Source: a virus
Lineage: Duplodnaviria > Caudoviricetes
Strand: one strand, 5' to 3'
Length of the DNA stretch: 58,328 nt
Virus record (IMG/VR): IMGVR_UViG_3300043414_000784
Span: 1 to 58,328 of that record
The first letter of the stretch is position 1. Every line of letters starts with the position of its first letter. A program made the translations under genes and the position numbers. The notes beneath the pieces were generated by a model. That model saw only the letters and a list, made by a program, of their open reading frames with translations, was not told the DNA's origin and made no database searches. Below, one piece after another: positions 55,404 through 58,328 of this stretch.

Positions 55404-55655
55404 ATGTTCCTTGTATCAGCCTACTACCAACATGCCTCAACAGGAACCCGATTCACAGACCAGCTCGGAAGAGTCTGGGAGAAGCAAGTCCAGTATAAGC
55501 AAGGCTTCCTCGTCGGGATAACCCGGGACACCCCGTCTTTCACCGAGCAACAAATAAAAGGTATTGTCATCGACGGGTTCCACGTGCTACCATCCGACCA
55601 TGAGAAAGACGACGATAATAAAAGAAGTTTCACATCCAGATTCCTTCGGCGTTGA
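55404..55655 (+). CDS. Hypothetical protein
   Basis: AGGAGG RBS. Confidence 0.6.
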   Translation: MFLVSAYYQHASTGTRFTDQLGRVWEKQVQYKQGFLVGITRDTPSFTEQQIKGIVIDGFHVLPSDHEKDDDNKRSFTSRFLRR

Positions 55656-55869
55656 CGACATCGCGAGGGCTGCCCTCCCGTATGCAGAGGGCTACCGCAT
55701 GTCCGACATCGAACCGTATCTGGAGAAGGCCAAGAAGATAGGACGGCCCTACATCCTAGTCACCTACTCTGGGATACTGGAAGGCATCCAATCCAGGTCT
55801 GAGGGAAGAGCAATACCAAAGCGTATCTTCTCTCTGTACCTTTTGAACAACGGGTTCTACGACGCATAA
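55600..55869 (+). CDS. Hypothetical protein
   Basis: ORF in the early cluster; start uncertain. Confidence 0.5.
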   Translation: MRKTTIIKEVSHPDSFGVDDIARAALPYAEGYRMSDIEPYLEKAKKIGRPYILVTYSGILEGIQSRSEGRAIPKRIFSLYLLNNGFYDA

Positions 55870-55879
55870 GGGGGAAGCA

Positions 55880-56107
55880 ATGCACAACAAGGGGAAGAAG
55901 GCTAGTCTCGAAACAAGAATCAAACAATCCCTAGCACTAGGAGGAAGGCCTTTCGTCTCCATCCGAGACGGAGTTATCCAGCAGCAATTCCATACACTCA
56001 GACAAGCCGGAGAATACTACGGAGTCCGAGGCGAACGCATCCTGGAAGTCTTACAAGGCCGAAGAAAGTCTACTCGCGGTATGACTTTTACATACACAAA
56101 GGAATAA
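55880..56107 (+). CDS. Stand-alone NUMOD1-like DNA-binding protein
   Basis: FHTLRQAGEYYGV....I..VL.GRRKSTRGMTF.Y. Confidence 0.65.
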   Translation: MHNKGKKASLETRIKQSLALGGRPFVSIRDGVIQQQFHTLRQAGEYYGVRGERILEVLQGRRKSTRGMTFTYTKE

Positions 56108-56110
56108 AAA

Positions 56111-57082
56111 ATGAAGACCAAGAGCAGGGTCGAGGACCTGTTCGACGCGGGAGTTAAACTCTCCGTCGAAGAACATGCAGTCCTTGAGAAACAAAAGGTC
56201 GGCATCCTACGCGCAGGCAATACAGGTATCTCAGCTATCAACGCCAAGGGCGAGCTCGAGGTAGCAGGGAAGTGCCATCGCCAGACCATGCTGCGCCTGC
56301 TCGGTATTGCAGCAGAGGACGCAGACTACTCTCGTGAACTTATGTTCGACTCGGGCAGAGGTAACGAAGACCTGTGGTACTCGGTCCTCGCCAGGTCATA
56401 CAAAGAAGGTATCATTCTGCGGGAAGAGGAAGTCCCCATCCGATGGATGACTGACAACGGAACGCCGGTCTCTGGTCGTCCTGACCTTGTGCTCTGCGAC
56501 CACGATAAGAAGCCCGTCCTAGGCCTCGAACTCAAACTGATATGCGCATTCTGGACAGCACGTTCTATCCTACTTGGTGAGCCTAAGACCATGCATATCA
56601 TGCAGGCGGCACACTACTCGTGGAAGCTTGGCGTACCATTCGAACTGTGGTACACGAGCCGCGTTGACTGGCCCATCATGGGTTGGGCTGGCAAGCATTT
56701 ACCTAAGCCAGGTGAGCCTGGTTCGGAACACATAGAGATAGACGACAAGGGAGAGCCAAGAAAGATTGTACCATTCAAGCTTGGTTTTATCTTGACTACC
56801 GATGACGATGGCTTTATAAGCTACTCTGTAGTTGGGAGAGAACAACAACCAGTTAAGTCAATCGTATCTATACAAAGAATCAAAGACTACTACGAGTTCG
56901 TGGCACGCATGGCAGAGACAAAGAATCTCGGTCCTCGTCCGCAGAATCTCACTGCAACGGGCGACAAAGTGAGCTGGTCATTCTGCTCCTTTTGCCCAAT
57001 TAAACCTACTTGTGATGCGCATGAGTCAGACTTTGACACATGGCTGCAAGCGGCAAAGGGAGTGGTTCCCCAAGCCGAGTAA
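56111..57082 (+). CDS. Cas4-like PD-(D/E)XK exonuclease with probable Fe-S cluster
   Basis: CHR, GRPD, ELK, QAAHY and C-terminal CSFCPIKPTC. Confidence 0.8.
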   Translation: MKTKSRVEDLFDAGVKLSVEEHAVLEKQKVGILRAGNTGISAINAKGELEVAGKCHRQTMLRLLGIAAEDADYSRELMFDSGRGNEDLWYSVLARSYKEGIILREEEVPIRWMTDNGTPVSGRPDLVLCDHDKKPVLGLELKLICAFWTARSILLGEPKTMHIMQAAHYSWKLGVPFELWYTSRVDWPIMGWAGKHLPKPGEPGSEHIEIDDKGEPRKIVPFKLGFILTTDDDGFISYSVVGREQQPVKSIVSIQRIKDYYEFVARMAETKNLGPRPQNLTATGDKVSWSFCSFCPIKPTCDAHESDFDTWLQAAKGVVPQAE

Positions 57083-57106
57083 CTGTTCCGTTCTAGGAGG
57101 TCCTAT

Positions 57107-57487
57107 ATGGTACTCGCACGCCCTGCCTCGACTGCCCCAACTTCTTCTCCTTCTTCCGCTGCTAAACCAGGCGCAGGAATGAAGCCTGACTATTCTGTCA
57201 AACACAAGATAAAGGATGCCGAAGCATACACTGCACTCACTGGCTTGTTCTTCAAACCTTTCCGCAACGGAAGCAAAGCCTGGTCAGGCAAGGACAAGAA
57301 CTCTGGTGTAACCTACACGATGACACACGACCGCGAGAACAACCTCGTGCTCAAGTGCCGGAGTGGCGAAGAGAAACTTGTTCTTATCTGTAACCTGAAG
57401 GAGGTCACAAAGAATGGCAATACCTTCCACGTCGGAGAAGCAGAAGACGGAAGCAGCTACTTCATCTTCAAGCAAGACCGCAAGTGA
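57107..57487 (+). CDS. Possible ssDNA-binding protein
   Basis: AGGAGG RBS; two NG-turn beta modules with aromatic residues; lies between the exonuclease and polA. Confidence 0.4.
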   Translation: MVLARPASTAPTSSPSSAAKPGAGMKPDYSVKHKIKDAEAYTALTGLFFKPFRNGSKAWSGKDKNSGVTYTMTHDRENNLVLKCRSGEEKLVLICNLKEVTKNGNTFHVGEAEDGSSYFIFKQDRK

Positions 57488-57633
57488 GACGAGGGGCGCA
57501 AGCCCCGCAGTCTCCACGCAGTTCTCCGGTTTCTGGTATTGGACCTCGGAGATGGAGCGGCTGGGCCAATGGCCTGGTCTCTCCGAGGCCTTTGCAAAAC
57601 GAGTCTTAGAGCATTCAAGGGGGAATAACAGCC

Positions 57634-58328
57634 ATGCCCGCACTACTGAAGCCAGTCGTAACCACACCCCGTCCGTACTCCGTCGTTAATCTCGCCGACC
57701 ATCCGCTACATACATGGCTTGTTCCCCTCATGCTTTCCAAAGAGCCTCTCGTTCTCGACCTCGAGACGACAGGCCTCCACCCACGCTCGGCACGAGTGGT
57801 CGGCTTCGCGCTGGCCAACTCGTCCGGGTCCACATACTTCCACATCGGCGAGTCGAGCCAAGCCCTCTCGATGTTCTACGAAGTATGTAATCAACTAGAC
57901 TACAACCAGACCCCACTCGTGGCACACAACGTCGCCTTCGATTCATGCTTCCTGCCCGAGACTTGCAACTGGGTTTTCTGTACATACGCTGCTTACAAAC
58001 ACCTTGCTTCCGAAGGCTACGCCGGACAGAAGTGGGACCTCAAGTCTGCCCAAGTCGAGATGCTTGGCTGGGAAGACAAGGGTGACGTTGAGCTAGTCGA
58101 ATGGCTTGACGCAAACAAGCTGACCAAGGGAGATATGTGGAGGGCACCGAGGGACATCCTCGGCAAGTACTGCGCCCTCGACGCCGAGGCTACGTACCAG
58201 TTTTACCACGAAGTCCTGCTGCCCACGGTCAACAAGTTCGAAGCATACAAAGAATATCACAAAGCATTCCTCGACCTGGTCTGGCATGTCCGTGAGATGC
58301 GCATGGAAGGTATCCACATCGACAACCC
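57634..58328 (+). CDS. polA: Family A DNA polymerase, N-terminal 3'-5' exonuclease part (continues into 1..1601; about 722 aa in total)
   Basis: ATG at 57634 after an AGGGGGA RBS; ExoI DLETTGL, ExoII AHNVAFD, ExoIII YCALDA; in frame across the overlap. Confidence 0.92.
   Translation, partial: MPALLKPVVTTPRPYSVVNLADHPLHTWLVPLMLSKEPLVLDLETTGLHPRSARVVGFALANSSGSTYFHIGESSQALSMFYEVCNQLDYNQTPLVAHNVAFDSCFLPETCNWVFCTYAAYKHLASEGYAGQKWDLKSAQVEMLGWEDKGDVELVEWLDANKLTKGDMWRAPRDILGKYCALDAEATYQFYHEVLLPTVNKFEAYKEYHKAFLDLVWHVREMRMEGIHIDN
58202..58328. repeat. Terminal direct repeat (copy 2); circular assembly overlap
   Basis: Identical to 1-127. Confidence 0.95.

Noticed and set aside
58202-58328. 127-bp terminal repeat as a biological direct terminal repeat
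   Set aside because: It lies inside the polA coding sequence and its length matches a common assembler k-mer, so it is a circularisation overlap
1-58328. Alternative genetic code, tRNA genes or a DNA-modification cluster
   Set aside because: Core genes are intact and tightly packed under the standard code; I recognised no tRNA cloverleaf or modification enzyme by eye

Overview
This window is a complete, circularly permuted dsDNA phage genome of about 58.2 kb; bases 1-127 repeat at 58202-58328, an assembly overlap. The gene set is podovirus-like (P22-type portal, scaffold, capsid, adaptor, nozzle and ejection proteins). Two arms diverge from a non-coding control region at about 48.25-48.72 kb and converge near 8.4-9.3 kb. 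The + arm carries many small early genes, dUTPase, a Cas4-like nuclease, a family-A DNA polymerase (split across the contig ends), a RuvC-like resolvase, a class II RNR and a DinG-like helicase. The - arm carries an AEP-like Rep/primase, terminase (TerL with a LAGLIDADG intein), head, tail fibres, nozzle and ejection proteins. I recognised no integrase, repressor, tRNA or CRISPR array. Most notable observations: (i) a consensus sigma28/FliA promoter, a CsrA-type GGA hairpin and an RBS-sequestering leader at the start of the early arm; (ii) a 6x14-bp iteron-like array plus a dispersed, strand-polarised family of GA-flanked GNA hairpins, in a genome with no DnaG/T7-type primase-helicase; (iii) orphan antitoxin-like modules (TacA/AtaR C-terminus-like and HicB-like); (iv) a signal-peptide-bearing ClpP and a lipoprotein metalloprotease; (v) a probable pseudo-dUTPase; (vi) repeat-bounded AT-rich tail-fibre tip cassettes. 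All calls are by eye and no database searches were run.
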